64,000 nucleotides of DNA, from positions 18,342-82,341 of the forward strand of contig DATDGB010000007.1 in NCBI GenBank assembly GCA_036522305.1, read 5' to 3'. Made by a program: the position numbers and the translations under genes. Of this stretch, positions 27,933-39,285 are shown piece after piece. This stretch comes from Candidatus Acidiferrum sp. Its GTDB lineage: Bacteria > Acidobacteriota > Terriglobia > Acidiferrales > UBA7541. Under the pieces are notes generated by a model. That model did no database searches. It saw only the letters and a list, made by a program, of their open reading frames with translations, and was not told the DNA's origin. Every line of letters starts with the position of its first letter. Position 1 is the stretch's first letter.

Positions 27933-28724
27933 TCACTTCAACAGTAGTCTCCCGGCCAATCCCGCAAACCCATCGTGCCACGCATGAGTCATCATTCCCG
28001 GCCGCAAACTCTTCCGTGCCTCCGCCAAAATTCCAAACAGCAAACCGTACACCGCGATGAGGATTGCCGATCTCCCGCCCTGGTAAATATGCCCGGCCCC
28101 AAACGCCGCCGCAGAGAGCAAGACTCCCGCCGCAACATTGCCAGTCCACGCGATAAATTGTTTCTGAAAATACCCGCGGAAAATTGTCTCTTCGCAAATG
28201 CCCGCCGTCATGGACAAAAGAACCCAAAGGAATATTTCCAGGCGAGTTTGCGGCAGCAGGAAGCGAATGGCCTCGCCCCCTCTCGGCGTGTGGAGCGCAA
28301 CCGCAGCGCATAGCAAAACGACGAGCGCGAGGATCCAGAAGCCAGCAGCGATCGCTGCATCCTTTAGAAAATCTGTAACACTGTTCCATCTTCCGCCAAT
28401 GACTTCGCGCAGGGAAGAGCCGTGGCGATGGACGCCCCAGGCGATGTAAGCGACGACGGACCATTCCCACAAGATGGTCAAGACATACATAGGCACGCGA
28501 TGGGCATGCGGGGCGCCGCGCATTCGAGCGGCGCCAAAATAGCCCCAGGCGCTCCAGACAACAATCACGGCAATGAGAAGGGCAGTATGCCACGCGGCGG
28601 CGACGGCGGGCCTGGGTGCGGGCAAGTTTGTCTGCGAGATGACGAGCGAATCCGTGGCCAAGATGGCACCTCGGGTGACCGGGTAAGACTGCAGCGGGAG
28701 ACAAGCACTGCCGTTCGAATACAA
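27933..28724 (-). CDS. CPBP (CAAX/Abi) intramembrane metalloprotease; start uncertain
   Basis: CEETIFRGY, FGAGHIYQG, HAWHD. Confidence 0.85.
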   Translation of the reverse strand: MYSNGSACLPLQSYPVTRGAILATDSLVISQTNLPAPRPAVAAAWHTALLIAVIVVWSAWGYFGAARMRGAPHAHRVPMYVLTILWEWSVVAYIAWGVHRHGSSLREVIGGRWNSVTDFLKDAAIAAGFWILALVVLLCAAVALHTPRGGEAIRFLLPQTRLEIFLWVLLSMTAGICEETIFRGYFQKQFIAWTGNVAAGVLLSAAAFGAGHIYQGGRSAILIAVYGLLFGILAEARKSLRPGMMTHAWHDGFAGLAGRLLLK

Positions 28725-29061
28725 AGGGCGAACGTTCCAAAGCTCTGGTACTAATACGTTCCCGCCGCCCCAATGATTTCGCGGTGATGCCGATTCAGAG
28801 CTTGCTCTTACAGCATAGCCGGGCTGCAGCTTTGCATAGGGCGGATATTCCTTGAGCGGGGAACTGGGAGTTACCTGTGCGCCGCCTGTACTTGTGGGCA
28901 GGCGATTTCCACAGCGTTGTTAAGAGAGGATGGGAGCAGCCCAGCAGACATCTGGCCCGCAGGGGGAATCCTGGCAGTGCCGGGACGGATTCGAATGACA
29001 AGAGTTCGATTCCGCTAAGGAGCGGAATAGATCAGCAATTTGACGGTGGGGGCAAGCAAGA

Positions 29062-31149
29062 ATGTCCGAGAGCGGGCAGAGAAAGTCGGGGGAACACGTT
29101 CGAATGGGCCTGGAACTGAATGCCATCAAAGAAATCGAAGAGCTAAAGAGCGAAATCGCTGCGGACAACTCCCCTGCTGCGGAACCGCCAAGTGAAAACG
29201 ATGCCGCCGGAATCTCCCTCCTCGAACTTGCCGAGATTCTCGATCAGCACAAAATGTGGGTCGAATCGGGCGGCGAATCGGGCGTCAAAGCGGATCTCTG
29301 CGGAATAAATTTGGCCAAAGCCGACCTGACGGGTGTCAATTTGCAGGGCGCTATTTTGCATCGAATGAACCTTACGGGCGCGGATTTGTCGATGGCCAAT
29401 TTGAGAGGAGCAAGCCTGGTCCGTTCGAATCTCCAGAATGCCAATTTATTGGGAACGGAATTAAGAGGCGCAAATTTGATGGGCGCCAACCTTTATGGCG
29501 CCGAAGGCCTATGGTTCGGCCGGTTGGGCGGAACAAATTTATTCGATGCGGTGCTGCCCGAATCGATTTCCGCGGTGGACAGTTCGAAAGCCATCGGCGA
29601 CGCGACGAAAATCGCGCGGTGGTTTTATTTCCTCACGCTGGGAGCAAGCCTGTTGTGCTGCACGCTCATCGCCCTGACGAGTGATGTTCGGTTGCTGTTG
29701 AATGCGTCCGCGGTACCTGCCCTGCGGCTCGGCAATGTGTTGCCCATGACCGGGCTTTATCTTGGTGGCCCGCTTGTTCTCCTGGCGCTTTCTCTGAGAT
29801 TTCATTTTCTTCTATTGAGGTTGTGGGGAAGCATCGCTGCGCTACCGGCTGTCTTTCCGGATGGACAAACGCTGGAAAAAGACGGCCCTTGGTATTTGAT
29901 GGGACTGGTGCGGCGGCACTTCCGGTGGCAGGGCGATACAAAATCGGCGATGACCGCGTTCGAAACAGTTCTTTCGACGGTGCTGGCTTACTGGATCGTA
30001 CCCGCGACGATGCTCTTCTTCTGGATCCGCTATCTGCCGAAGCAGGATTTTCGCGGAACTCTTCTGCACGTTTTGGTGATTACCCTTTCAGTGGCGACGG
30101 CGACTAGCGTTCCGTTTGTGGTTTCGCGAGTGCTGAGGCCGGGCGATATCCGCCTGCCGAAGTCGAAAAATATCATTCGAATGATCCTGGGGACCACGCG
30201 CGCGGCGCTGGCGACTGGATGCATTCTTTTTCTTTTCTCCCTCGGCGTGAACCGGGGATTGCCCTTTGACCACGGCACCACGGCGGGAGAATCCCCTGCG
30301 GATGTGAGACGCTGGGCTTCGATGGTTTTTCAATCCGTGGGCTACCGTCCGTACGCGGAAGTGACAGAAGCGTCTTTGTCCACGCCTCCGCCTCAGGGTG
30401 AAGCCTGGACTGATGAGACCGTCGAAGGAATCGCGGGCGCGCGTCTAAATCAGATGAATCTGCGGTTCGCACGCGGCTACCGGGCTTTTCTGGTCAATGC
30501 AAAACTCTGGCGCGCAAATCTGGAGGGAGCCTACCTCTCCGAAGCCGATTTGCGAAGCGCGAATTTGCGAGAAGCTTTGCTGCGATCTGCAATTCTCGAT
30601 CGCGCCCAGGTGGCGCACGCGGTTTTGGTCTCCGCCAACGCGACCGGCGCAAATTTTTCCGCGGCTGACATGCGATTTGTGGATTTGTCCTACGGGACGT
30701 TTGAAAATGCCGTGCTTTCGAACGCTAGAATTTCCGGCGCCTCGCTCTATGCTGTAAATTTAAGGAATGCCCAACTCCTTCGAACGGACCTTTCGCGCAC
30801 GGACATGCGCGACACAAAATTGGAACACTCGGTGCTGTCCTTTGCAAACCTGGAGCAAACGGATTTGTCCTCAGCCCGGCTCGGGGAAGCGAATCTCACC
30901 GGCGCGATTCTGAAAGGCGCGATCCTCCTTGACGCCGATTTGAAGAAAGCGGATTTGCGAGGGGCTTTTCTGACGGGCGCGATTTTGCGAGGAGTGGAAT
31001 TGGATGGCGCGAACCTGGCGGGTGCGGACTTGCGGGGAGCTTCCGGAATCACGGCGCTGCAGGTTTGTTCCGCTCTGCATGGGCGCTCGGCATTGATGGA
31101 TGCTGATCTGGCAGCGGAAGTCCAACAGCGCTGCGCAGCTTCGCAGTAG
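29062..31149 (+). CDS. Pentapeptide-repeat membrane protein
   Basis: Two A(D/N)Lxx repeat blocks flanking several TM helices. Confidence 0.88.
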   Translation: MSESGQRKSGEHVRMGLELNAIKEIEELKSEIAADNSPAAEPPSENDAAGISLLELAEILDQHKMWVESGGESGVKADLCGINLAKADLTGVNLQGAILHRMNLTGADLSMANLRGASLVRSNLQNANLLGTELRGANLMGANLYGAEGLWFGRLGGTNLFDAVLPESISAVDSSKAIGDATKIARWFYFLTLGASLLCCTLIALTSDVRLLLNASAVPALRLGNVLPMTGLYLGGPLVLLALSLRFHFLLLRLWGSIAALPAVFPDGQTLEKDGPWYLMGLVRRHFRWQGDTKSAMTAFETVLSTVLAYWIVPATMLFFWIRYLPKQDFRGTLLHVLVITLSVATATSVPFVVSRVLRPGDIRLPKSKNIIRMILGTTRAALATGCILFLFSLGVNRGLPFDHGTTAGESPADVRRWASMVFQSVGYRPYAEVTEASLSTPPPQGEAWTDETVEGIAGARLNQMNLRFARGYRAFLVNAKLWRANLEGAYLSEADLRSANLREALLRSAILDRAQVAHAVLVSANATGANFSAADMRFVDLSYGTFENAVLSNARISGASLYAVNLRNAQLLRTDLSRTDMRDTKLEHSVLSFANLEQTDLSSARLGEANLTGAILKGAILLDADLKKADLRGAFLTGAILRGVELDGANLAGADLRGASGITALQVCSALHGRSALMDADLAAEVQQRCAASQ

Positions 31150-31152
31150 ATT

Positions 31153-31296
31153 GGCAGCCGCCCAACTCTGAAAATTGAAATTAGAAAATGGGAATTGGAA
31201 AAAGGGCAAGAGAAAGGCCCCACCCTTGCAAGAAGCAAACCCGCAAGGGTAGGCCACCCAAAGGCCATTTTCGAAATTAAGGGGCGGCCACCCGCC
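31153..31296 (-). repeat. REP/MITE-like element abutting a kinase remnant
   Basis: Starts GGCGGGTGGCCGCCCCTTAATT; homologous to 27006-27155. Confidence 0.75.
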
Positions 31297-31356
31297 GAGC
31301 TTTTCGACCACGCGGTAGTGGGAAATGGTCTGCCCAATGAGGGAGGAGTCCGGCAT
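31291..31356 (-). pseudogene. 22-codon 5' remnant of a Ser/Thr kinase gene
   Basis: [22 protein letters not shown], nearly identical to the starts at 33418 and 36457. Confidence 0.85.
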
Positions 31357-31368
31357 TTGGCGGACATG

Positions 31369-33418
31369 TTAGGTTGGGGGCAGAAACAAGTAAACGAAGA
31401 GAGTTAGAGAGAGGCATTTCCTCTCCTGATGGCAGCACGCTTGGTGTAGTTTGAGGTATTCGGCCTTTGCTTCCTTCAAGATTGGAATGTCGGCGTCGGC
31501 GTCTTTCCATAGAGCGAAAAAATCCTGATAGGCGGAGCGAGCCTTTGCCATATCGCCGGTGAGGGCGTAGGAGCGAGCGAGGCCGAGGTGCGCCAAGGCA
31601 GCCCGCGAGGAATTGCCCACGAGGCCGCGATGGTCCAAAAGTTTCTGGAACTCCGCAGCCGCTTCGTTGCCTTGGTGCAAAAGCAAGTATGCCAGCCCAC
31701 GCAAATAGACAGCGTATAGACTTCCTTCTCGAATCATCTCGAGTGGCGACGTAGCGTTAAGAAATTCGATGGCTCTGGTGGGATTGTTACGGTTGATTTC
31801 AATCGCCGCGCGGATAGTGGGCAGCCAGTAACCTTGGATCAGTGTGTGCAACGGGAAGCGTTTCGCCAGATCGTCGGCCAGTGTCTGCGCGCCCGTAGAG
31901 TCCCCGGCACGGGCGAGACCCAGAGCTGCTGGAATCTGGACCTCGCGGCTCGCAGATCCAGCCAGGGCGGCTTTGGCGTCCTCGCGGGCCCGAGCGCAAT
32001 TACCATAATCCGCTTCCACCCAGGCGGCACCAACTTCGTAGTACGCGGCGGCTTCCACCTTATTGTTTCGCCGCGCCGATTCGATCGCCTGCCGCAACAA
32101 TTCCCGCGCTTTGCGATCACGTACTGACTCCCCAGGCCCGCGATTGCACCGCTCAGGTACGCCTTACTCGCGTCGCGCTGGCAAAGGTCGCGTGCAAGCT
32201 CCGGCGTGAGCCATTCACTGGGCGAACGTCCCATTAATTTCAATGTGTCCTGCACCTTCTGACCCGAAAGGACATTGAAAAAAGGCGACTGCTCGAGTTG
32301 CACAGCGAGGCCTTGCTTCAGGGTGTCGTCAAAGACGGCGTCCCCGGTCGTATTGTTGAAGTCCGCGAGCCCAATGGTGTCTTTGTCCGTTAGAGCGTGC
32401 ATGCGGCGGGCGCGCAACGAAAAAAATGAGGCTGCGCCCAGCGCAAGAACAACTGTCGCCCCAGTTATGATCGCCGTGCGTCTCTTCCACCAAGGAGTGC
32501 GGCGGACATCAGTTACTGCAACCTTTGTTTTTGCAGTGTCTGTATCGCGCTTCAGTCGTTGCAAGTCAGTGCGAATGTCCGAAGCGTGTTGGTAGCGGAG
32601 ATGGCGGTCCTTCTCCAGCGCCTTGTTGATGATTTCTTCGAGTTTTGGAGGAATTTCGGGGTTGATCCGCACCGGAGACACGGGCGGGCGTTCGAGAATG
32701 GCGTGGAAGATCACGCCCGAGGTGTCACCTCGGAACGGTAGTTGCCCGGTGGCCATTTGATACAGCACGGCACCGAAGGAAAACAAGTCCGTTCGCGCAT
32801 CCAAGTCCTTGGCTTTCACCTGTTCTGGCGACATGTAGGCGACGGTGCCGAGAGCAGTACCGGGGCTGGTGAGGTGCTCCTCTACATCAAGAGTTGCGGC
32901 GGTCGGTTCTGTTCTCGTTACCGGTTTGGAAGAGAGTTTTGGCCAAGCCGAAGTCGAGGATTTTGGCGTGACCGCGATCAGTGACAAAAACGTTGGCGGG
33001 CTTGATGTCGCGGTGGACTATTCCTTTGGCGTGCGCCGCGTCGAGTGCGTCGGCAATGTCGATACCAAGAGAGAGAAGGGTTTCCAGTTCCATGGGAAGC
33101 CCGGCGATGCGGTGCTTCAAGGTCTGCCCCTCGAGAAATTCCATGGCGATGAACGCTTGCCAGTGCTGGTCGTCGATTTCGTAAATGGTGCAGATGTTGG
33201 GGTGATTCCAGAGCGGAAGCAGCCTGGGCTTCGCGCTGAAAGCGGCTGAGGGCTTGCGGATCCTTGGCTACCGCCTCAGGCAGGAATTTTAGGGCCACAA
33301 AGCGGCCGAGCTTGACGTCCTCGGCTTTGTAAACGACGCCCATGCCGCCTCCACCAAGCTTTTCAACGACGCGGTAGTGGGAAATGGTCTGCCCGATGAG
33401 GGAAGAGGAGTCCGCCAT
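31369..33418 (-). pseudogene. Ser/Thr kinase-TPR pseudogene
   Basis: Kinase motifs split across frames by extra bases near 33208 and 32938; out-of-frame jump near 32113 from GSQYVI to KARELLRQA. Confidence 0.8.
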
Positions 33419-33580
33419 TTGGCGAAGATGTTAGGTTGAGGGTCACGGTAAGTCAACGAAGAGAGTCAGAAGGGACTTCGGTCTTTCAGGCTCGACTATT
33501 TCTTACGCTAGCGGGAATCCGGAGGCTATTATGGAGGGGTTTGCGGATACGCTTAATGGTCTTCGATAGTTCTCGGGGGG

Positions 33581-33931
33581 ATGCAAACGATGCCTTTGGA
33601 AATAACGCAGCGTGAGATGAAAGGGGTCTACCTTTTGGCGCTTAAAGGGCGACTTGTGCTCGGAGATGAGAGCAGCGGGTTGCTTACAGCGGTCGACAAT
33701 CTGCTGGCATCCGGCGCCACGCGGATGGTCATTAATTTGGAGCAAGTCAACTATGTTGACAGCGCGGGCCTCGGCGCACTTATCGAAATGCATCGGAAGA
33801 CAAAAGCCAAAGGCGGAGGGCTGAAGCTTTGTCATTTGCGCCCGAACTTGAAGCAAGCGTTGCAAATGGCCAAGCTGCTGCCAATCTTCGAGACGTGTGC
33901 GAGTGAAACGGCGGCGGTTGCAAGTTTCTGA
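33581..33931 (+). CDS. STAS-domain anti-anti-sigma factor
   Basis: YVDSAGLGAL, GGGLKLCHL. Confidence 0.88.
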   Translation: MQTMPLEITQREMKGVYLLALKGRLVLGDESSGLLTAVDNLLASGATRMVINLEQVNYVDSAGLGALIEMHRKTKAKGGGLKLCHLRPNLKQALQMAKLLPIFETCASETAAVASF

Positions 33932-33973
33932 GGACGGCGGGCGGGCGGTGAATTCCAGAAGATGCCACGATGG

Positions 33974-36457
33974 TCATTCAGGGAAATTCATTTTTTTTAC
34001 GAGGGCCTGGAAATCCGGGTCGGAATGCAAGGGTGCGAGGATCGGATCGGACTTAATCAACACGATCCCTCCCTCGTGATCCGCGAAAGACTTTTGGAGT
34101 GAGCGCACGGCTTCGGTCTTCCTGCCCAAGAGAGTCAATAGCCTCGCGGCCTCGTAAGGATGCTCGCCGGCACGCGAATCCTTTACGACGTGATCGAGCA
34201 AATCCTGCAGGAAGCCCTGGTAGCCGGAGACTCGATAGGTTTCCCCCAGAGTAGCCGCCAGTGCTGGGTTTCCACGAATCGTTATTACGGCTTGCCATTC
34301 CGCAACGGACTGGGGATACGCCTTCTTTCGTGCGTAAGCATAGGCCAAGTCTAGGCGAACCAAATCAATGTTGGGGTCCATTTGCACGGTCTTTTTGTAC
34401 TGTTCGATGGCCTCATCGTACCTTCTGGAAAAAAGCAATGCGGCGCCCACGGACCCGCTGATGATCGGAGAGAGAGGGTCGAGTTCCTGGGCGCGCTTGG
34501 TTTCCGCGATGGCCTCGTCAAACCGTCCCACACTATAGAGACACTCGGCGTACCATTGGTGAGCGGTGGGGTAGTTAGGGTTCGCCGCAATGGCGCGGCG
34601 GAATTCCTGGTCGGCTTTGATGAAATCCCACTCGTAATAGAGGTAAGTATCGGCGAGGGTGGTGTGCGCCTCAGCCAAAGAATCATCGAGTTCCAAGGCT
34701 TTCAAGGCCGCTGCTTTTGCCTTGGGCCGGGCTTCATTTCCGGTCAGGCCCAGCCATCCGCCATCTCCGACAGCGTAGGAATCTGCTACTCCCGCGTAGG
34801 CGAGCGCGTAGCCAGGATCTTTTTCGATGGCTTGTTGGAAATAGGCGAGTCCTTGTTTCACGCCTTCGGAGGTTCGCTTGTTCCAGAAGTAGCGGCCGCG
34901 GAGATAGAGCTGATAAGCCTCCACGTTTTTGGTATCGCGCTTTGCCAGCTTTTGTTGCTCCGCGCCTGTCAATTCGACCTTGAGATGATCGGCGATGGCC
35001 CTTGAAATTTGATCCTGGATGCCGAGGATGTCCGAAAGCTTCTGGGAATACTGATCGCCCCAAAGCTGCGAATCTTTGCTGACATCCATGAGTTCGGCGC
35101 TGACGATGAAGGAATCGCCACGGCGGGTCACCCTCCCGGTTACCACGGCGCGGACATTTAGATCGTGCCCGATTTTCTCCGGAGTGTTGGCCTGGCCCTT
35201 GTAGCGAAAAACGGTGCTGCGAGGGACGACGCGCAGCTTGGAGACCCTGGAAAGGTTGTTGATGAGCGTTTCGGTGATCCCATCACTGAGGTATTCCGTG
35301 TCCTGGTCTCCTCCGGCATTTGCAAATGGCAGGACTGCCACAGAGTTAATCGATCCACCTGGAGAGGGAGCGCCCGAATGAAGCAGCCAGTAGCCAACCA
35401 CGGAGATGATGGCGATGATCCCCGCCAGCGCTAGAAGCAGCTTCTTCTTGTGGCGCTTTGCCAGGCCGACCGCCAGAACCGTGTCAGAACTGTGTTCCGG
35501 TTGCGTCTGCCGCGCCGACTCTTGCGAGTCCGGTGTCGCGTCGAGGCTTACTCTTGCCGAGCGGCTCGAATCCGTGTCGCGCTTCAAGCGAGCCAGATCG
35601 GTCCGCAGATCCGCCGCGCTTTGGTATCGAAGAGTGCGGTCTTTTTCGAGGGACTTACTGATAATGCGATCGAGTTCGGCGGGGACGTCGGGATTGAGCC
35701 TTACTGGAGGAGCGGGAGCACGCGAGAGGATGGCTTCAAAGATCACCGCGGAAGTGTCGCCGCGGAAGGGGATCGTGCCAGTCGCCATTTCGTACAGGAC
35801 CGCGCCAAAGGAATAAAGATCGGTGCGTGCATCCAGTTCTTTTCCCCGGGCCTGCTCGGGAGACATGTAGGCAACGGTACCGAGCGCCGTGCCGGGGCTG
35901 GTGAGGTGCATGTCATCCAGAGTAGCCCCGGCGATTGCGCCGGGAGACTGGCTCGCAGAATTGTTGGCGGGCGTGACCTTGGCAAGGCCAAAGTCGAGAA
36001 TCTTGGCATGGCCACGTTTGGTGACAAAGATGTTGGCGGGCTTAATATCGCGATGGACGATGCCCTGGGCATGAGCGGCATCGAGAGCGTCAGCGATTTC
36101 AATGGCCAGAGCGAGATTTTTTTCTATTTCCAGAGGCTGGCTGTTGATCAGGTGCTTGAGGGTGAGGCCATCGAGGAATTCCATGGCGATAAAAGCTTTG
36201 CCTTCATGGTCGCCGATGTCGTAGATCGTGCAAATGTTGGGGTGGTTCAGGGCGGAAGCGGCCTGGGCTTCGCGCTGGAAGCGAGTCAGGGCTTGAGCGT
36301 CGCGCATGAGGTCATCAGGAAGGAACTTGAGCGCGACGAATCGGTGTAGGCGCGTGTCTTCCGCCTTGTAGACGACGCCCATGCCTCCGCCGCCGAGTTT
36401 TTCGACGATGCGGTAGTGTGAGATGGTTTGCCCGAACAGGGAAGAGGGGTCCGTCAT
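33974..36457 (-). CDS. Ser/Thr protein kinase with TM, TolB-like and TPR regions
   Basis: [40 protein letters not shown] helices. Confidence 0.93.
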   Translation of the reverse strand: MTDPSSLFGQTISHYRIVEKLGGGGMGVVYKAEDTRLHRFVALKFLPDDLMRDAQALTRFQREAQAASALNHPNICTIYDIGDHEGKAFIAMEFLDGLTLKHLINSQPLEIEKNLALAIEIADALDAAHAQGIVHRDIKPANIFVTKRGHAKILDFGLAKVTPANNSASQSPGAIAGATLDDMHLTSPGTALGTVAYMSPEQARGKELDARTDLYSFGAVLYEMATGTIPFRGDTSAVIFEAILSRAPAPPVRLNPDVPAELDRIISKSLEKDRTLRYQSAADLRTDLARLKRDTDSSRSARVSLDATPDSQESARQTQPEHSSDTVLAVGLAKRHKKKLLLALAGIIAIISVVGYWLLHSGAPSPGGSINSVAVLPFANAGGDQDTEYLSDGITETLINNLSRVSKLRVVPRSTVFRYKGQANTPEKIGHDLNVRAVVTGRVTRRGDSFIVSAELMDVSKDSQLWGDQYSQKLSDILGIQDQISRAIADHLKVELTGAEQQKLAKRDTKNVEAYQLYLRGRYFWNKRTSEGVKQGLAYFQQAIEKDPGYALAYAGVADSYAVGDGGWLGLTGNEARPKAKAAALKALELDDSLAEAHTTLADTYLYYEWDFIKADQEFRRAIAANPNYPTAHQWYAECLYSVGRFDEAIAETKRAQELDPLSPIISGSVGAALLFSRRYDEAIEQYKKTVQMDPNIDLVRLDLAYAYARKKAYPQSVAEWQAVITIRGNPALAATLGETYRVSGYQGFLQDLLDHVVKDSRAGEHPYEAARLLTLLGRKTEAVRSLQKSFADHEGGIVLIKSDPILAPLHSDPDFQALVKKMNFPE

Positions 36458-36466
36458 CAGGTGGAC

Positions 36467-36495
36467 ATGTTAGGTGCCGGGCGGAAACAAGTCAA
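36467..36495 (-). promoter_or_regulatory. sigma70 promoter conserved before all three kinase starts
   Basis: TTGACT-17-TAACAT-9-ATG; also 33428-33456 and 31366-31394 (TTTACT). Confidence 0.7.
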
Positions 36496-36603
36496 CGAAG
36501 AGAAAGAGCAGTGTTTGCGGGCTGCTGGAGTGGTTGTAGCACAACCCCATCGAGACGCCACATTGTGCTCGCAGAATTCAAGAGTCAGCTAATCGAATAG
36601 CTT

Positions 36604-37479
36604 TTATTGGACGCCGGCGGCGGCTGCGAATGCACCTTGTTGTTCGTTCTGTTCGGTCGGCAACACTTCCGCCTTGCTTGCGGCGGGGGCTGTTTGCGTT
36701 GGATACGTCGCATAGAGCGCCATGCCAGTCAGCAACGTGCCGGCGAATAGATTGCCGAGGGTGACGGGGAGCAGGTTCCAAAGAAGTGCTTGCGCGATCG
36801 AGATGGGTGCGCCGAGCATCATGCCTGAGGGGATGAGGAACATGTTGACCACGGAATGCTCGAAACCGAGCGCGAAGAAAGTCATGATGGGAAGCCACAT
36901 GGCAGCAATTTTTCCAACAGTAGACTTCGAAGACATCGCCAACACCGCGCCGATGGTCACCATCCAGTTACAGAGAACAGCCTTTACTAGCGCGGTGCCC
37001 CAGCCACTCGGGCCTAGCGCCATATAGGCCAGCGTTTTTTTCTGCGCGGCCTGCTTTAGAAGATCCGCGACTGCACCGCCATTGCCAGTGCGCCAGTTGG
37101 TGATCGCCAAATAAAAAAGTCCCGCGTAGAGCAAGCTGCCGATTAGGTTGCCAAGGTAGACCCAGGCCAAATTGCGCAACAACTTTGTCATGCGAACCTT
37201 GCCAGCCATGACTCCGGCGGGCAAGAGCGCAAAGTTGCCGGTGACCAGCTCCAGCCCGAGAAGCACCAGGATCACGAAACCGACCGGGAAGAGAATTGCG
37301 CCGACGATAGGAGGGAGTCCTTGCGACAGGACGACAAAGACAAGGGAGGTGGCGTACCCGAGAAAAGCACCCGCGAGGATACCTCGAATCAACATGTCGC
37401 GGATGGAAAGTTCGGACTTTTTTTTCGCCAATTCCACTGCTTCTTGCAGAAGCTCCATTGGACGTACGTAATCAGCCAT
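36604..37479 (-). CDS. Formate/nitrite transporter (FNT, NirC-like)
   Basis: ELVTGNF, LCNWMV, FEHSVVNM; GAGGAGG RBS. Confidence 0.9.
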   Translation of the reverse strand: MADYVRPMELLQEAVELAKKKSELSIRDMLIRGILAGAFLGYATSLVFVVLSQGLPPIVGAILFPVGFVILVLLGLELVTGNFALLPAGVMAGKVRMTKLLRNLAWVYLGNLIGSLLYAGLFYLAITNWRTGNGGAVADLLKQAAQKKTLAYMALGPSGWGTALVKAVLCNWMVTIGAVLAMSSKSTVGKIAAMWLPIMTFFALGFEHSVVNMFLIPSGMMLGAPISIAQALLWNLLPVTLGNLFAGTLLTGMALYATYPTQTAPAASKAEVLPTEQNEQQGAFAAAAGVQ

Positions 37480-37561
37480 TGTAATTCCTCCTCTGAGAAA
37501 CTCTCGGCAGTCCTCGATCAAATAGAAATCAGCAAATTCCGCGAGCCACCGCAGGGCGCAA

Positions 37562-39256
37562 TTATGCTTGCGGTTGAATCAGAACCGGGCCGGGACCTGG
37601 CGGAAACGCGCGCGGGAAGCGCCACGAAGCCAATCCTGCGGTCGCAGCGGCCGTGAACAGAGGGTCGCTGAGGGCCACATGCTTCCTGGCTTCGACCTCG
37701 AGGCGATACGATTGGATGACGCTGGCGACGACGTCCGGCAGCGATTCATCGCAAGGGACGGTTTCCAGAATCTCTTGGCCCGCGATGGCGTGAGGGCCGG
37801 TCCGCCCGCCAGTGTAAATCGCCACGGCGTCCACAATTTTTCCGTCAATTTTTGCTTTGAAACCGCGAAGACCGACGTCGGCGGCTTGATGATTGCCGCA
37901 GCCCGCCGGGCAGCCGGACCAGTGAATCGTAAGGGGATTTGCGCCGGAGCCCATTTTATTGTGGAGCGCCTGGGAGAGCGCTACGGCGCGGCTCTTGGTT
38001 TCGATGAGGGCGAGGTTGCAATAATCCGTGCCGACGCAGGCGACCAACCCGCGCATAAAAGGGGAAGGGCGAGGCGAAAGCTGTTTGAGCAGATGTTCTG
38101 CGAGAAGAGCGGCAACGCGTTCCTGAGGAACATTCGGAATAATTGCGTTTTGTCCGGTGGTGAGGCGGATCTCGCCGTTGCCATAGAAATCAGCCAGACG
38201 TGCGATTTCGTCCAAGTGGTCCGGGTTGACTCTGCCGGTAGGAATGCAGAGGCCTACGGCTACAAGCTCCGGCTGTTTTTGTGAACTTGCTCCGAGATGG
38301 TCGGCATGGGCGGAACCGCGCATGTCGCGGCCTTGGAAGGCATGCTCGCGGCCGAGGCGCGCGACAAGCTCAGAGCGCAAACGGCGAAGGCCCCATTCCT
38401 CGACCAGAAAAGCGAAACGGCACTTGGAGCGGGCTTCGCGCGGGCCGTGATCGCGATAAATCTTGATCAGTTCCAAAACTACAGCGGCCGCCTGGAACGG
38501 TTCGACAAAAACATTCAGCGGCGAAGCAACGGTGAATCCTCCGGAGCCCATCTTGCCGCCTACAAGTACGTTGAAGCCGAGCCTTCCCGCTTTTTGCGCC
38601 GGAATGAGCGCGATATCCTGCGATTCACTGTGCGTGCAGTTTTCGGTGCAGCCCGTTACGACGATATTGAATTTTCGCGGCAGATTGGTGAACTCCGGGT
38701 TGCCATCGCTGCCGACAATGATGCGATCCAGTTCCTGGACGACCGGAGAGGCGTCAAACAATTCATGAGGCGCCAAGCCGGCCATGGAGCAGCCGTTGAT
38801 GTTGCGAACGTTGTCGATGCCAGTTTGCAGAGAGCCAAGGTCCACGCCCCGGAGCTTTTCCCAGATTTCCGGCACAGTGTCGAGCGTGAAGCCGCGAAGC
38901 TCAATCTGCTGGCGGGTGGTGATATCGAGGACGCTGTTGCCGAGCCTCCGCGAGAGCTCTGCGATCGTGCGCAATTGGCTGCTCTTGGCAAAACCATTCG
39001 GCATGCGGATGCGCATCATGAATTTGCCGGGAGTAGGCCTGCGGAAGAACACACCGACCCACTTCAACAATTCCTTTTCTGCGGGAGTGAGGGCCGCAGC
39101 GCCTCGCTCGATAATCTGTGGGAGGTGCGCCAAGATGCGCAGGCCATCGCCGTTCATGGAGGCTTTATAGCCTTCGACCGCGTTCGTGCCCCCAGGGACG
39201 CTTGGGGAATTTTGGTGTTCCCCCGTGGCGGAAACCTGTTGCGTGGCAGGATTCAC
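37562..39256 (-). CDS. nirA: Ferredoxin-nitrite reductase (siroheme)
   Basis: FMMRIR, TTRQQI, DNVRNI, LPRKFN, CVGTDYC, SGCPAGCG; GTG start with GGAGGG RBS. Confidence 0.85.
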   Translation of the reverse strand: MNPATQQVSATGEHQNSPSVPGGTNAVEGYKASMNGDGLRILAHLPQIIERGAAALTPAEKELLKWVGVFFRRPTPGKFMMRIRMPNGFAKSSQLRTIAELSRRLGNSVLDITTRQQIELRGFTLDTVPEIWEKLRGVDLGSLQTGIDNVRNINGCSMAGLAPHELFDASPVVQELDRIIVGSDGNPEFTNLPRKFNIVVTGCTENCTHSESQDIALIPAQKAGRLGFNVLVGGKMGSGGFTVASPLNVFVEPFQAAAVVLELIKIYRDHGPREARSKCRFAFLVEEWGLRRLRSELVARLGREHAFQGRDMRGSAHADHLGASSQKQPELVAVGLCIPTGRVNPDHLDEIARLADFYGNGEIRLTTGQNAIIPNVPQERVAALLAEHLLKQLSPRPSPFMRGLVACVGTDYCNLALIETKSRAVALSQALHNKMGSGANPLTIHWSGCPAGCGNHQAADVGLRGFKAKIDGKIVDAVAIYTGGRTGPHAIAGQEILETVPCDESLPDVVASVIQSYRLEVEARKHVALSDPLFTAAATAGLASWRFPRAFPPGPGPVLIQPQA

Positions 39257-39285
39257 GCGCGCCCTCCGGGGCCCCGGCGAACGAT

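Noticed and set aside
30871-31356. 161-aa ORF read as a kinase
   Set aside because: Only the first 22 codons are kinase; the rest is repeat and antisense sequence
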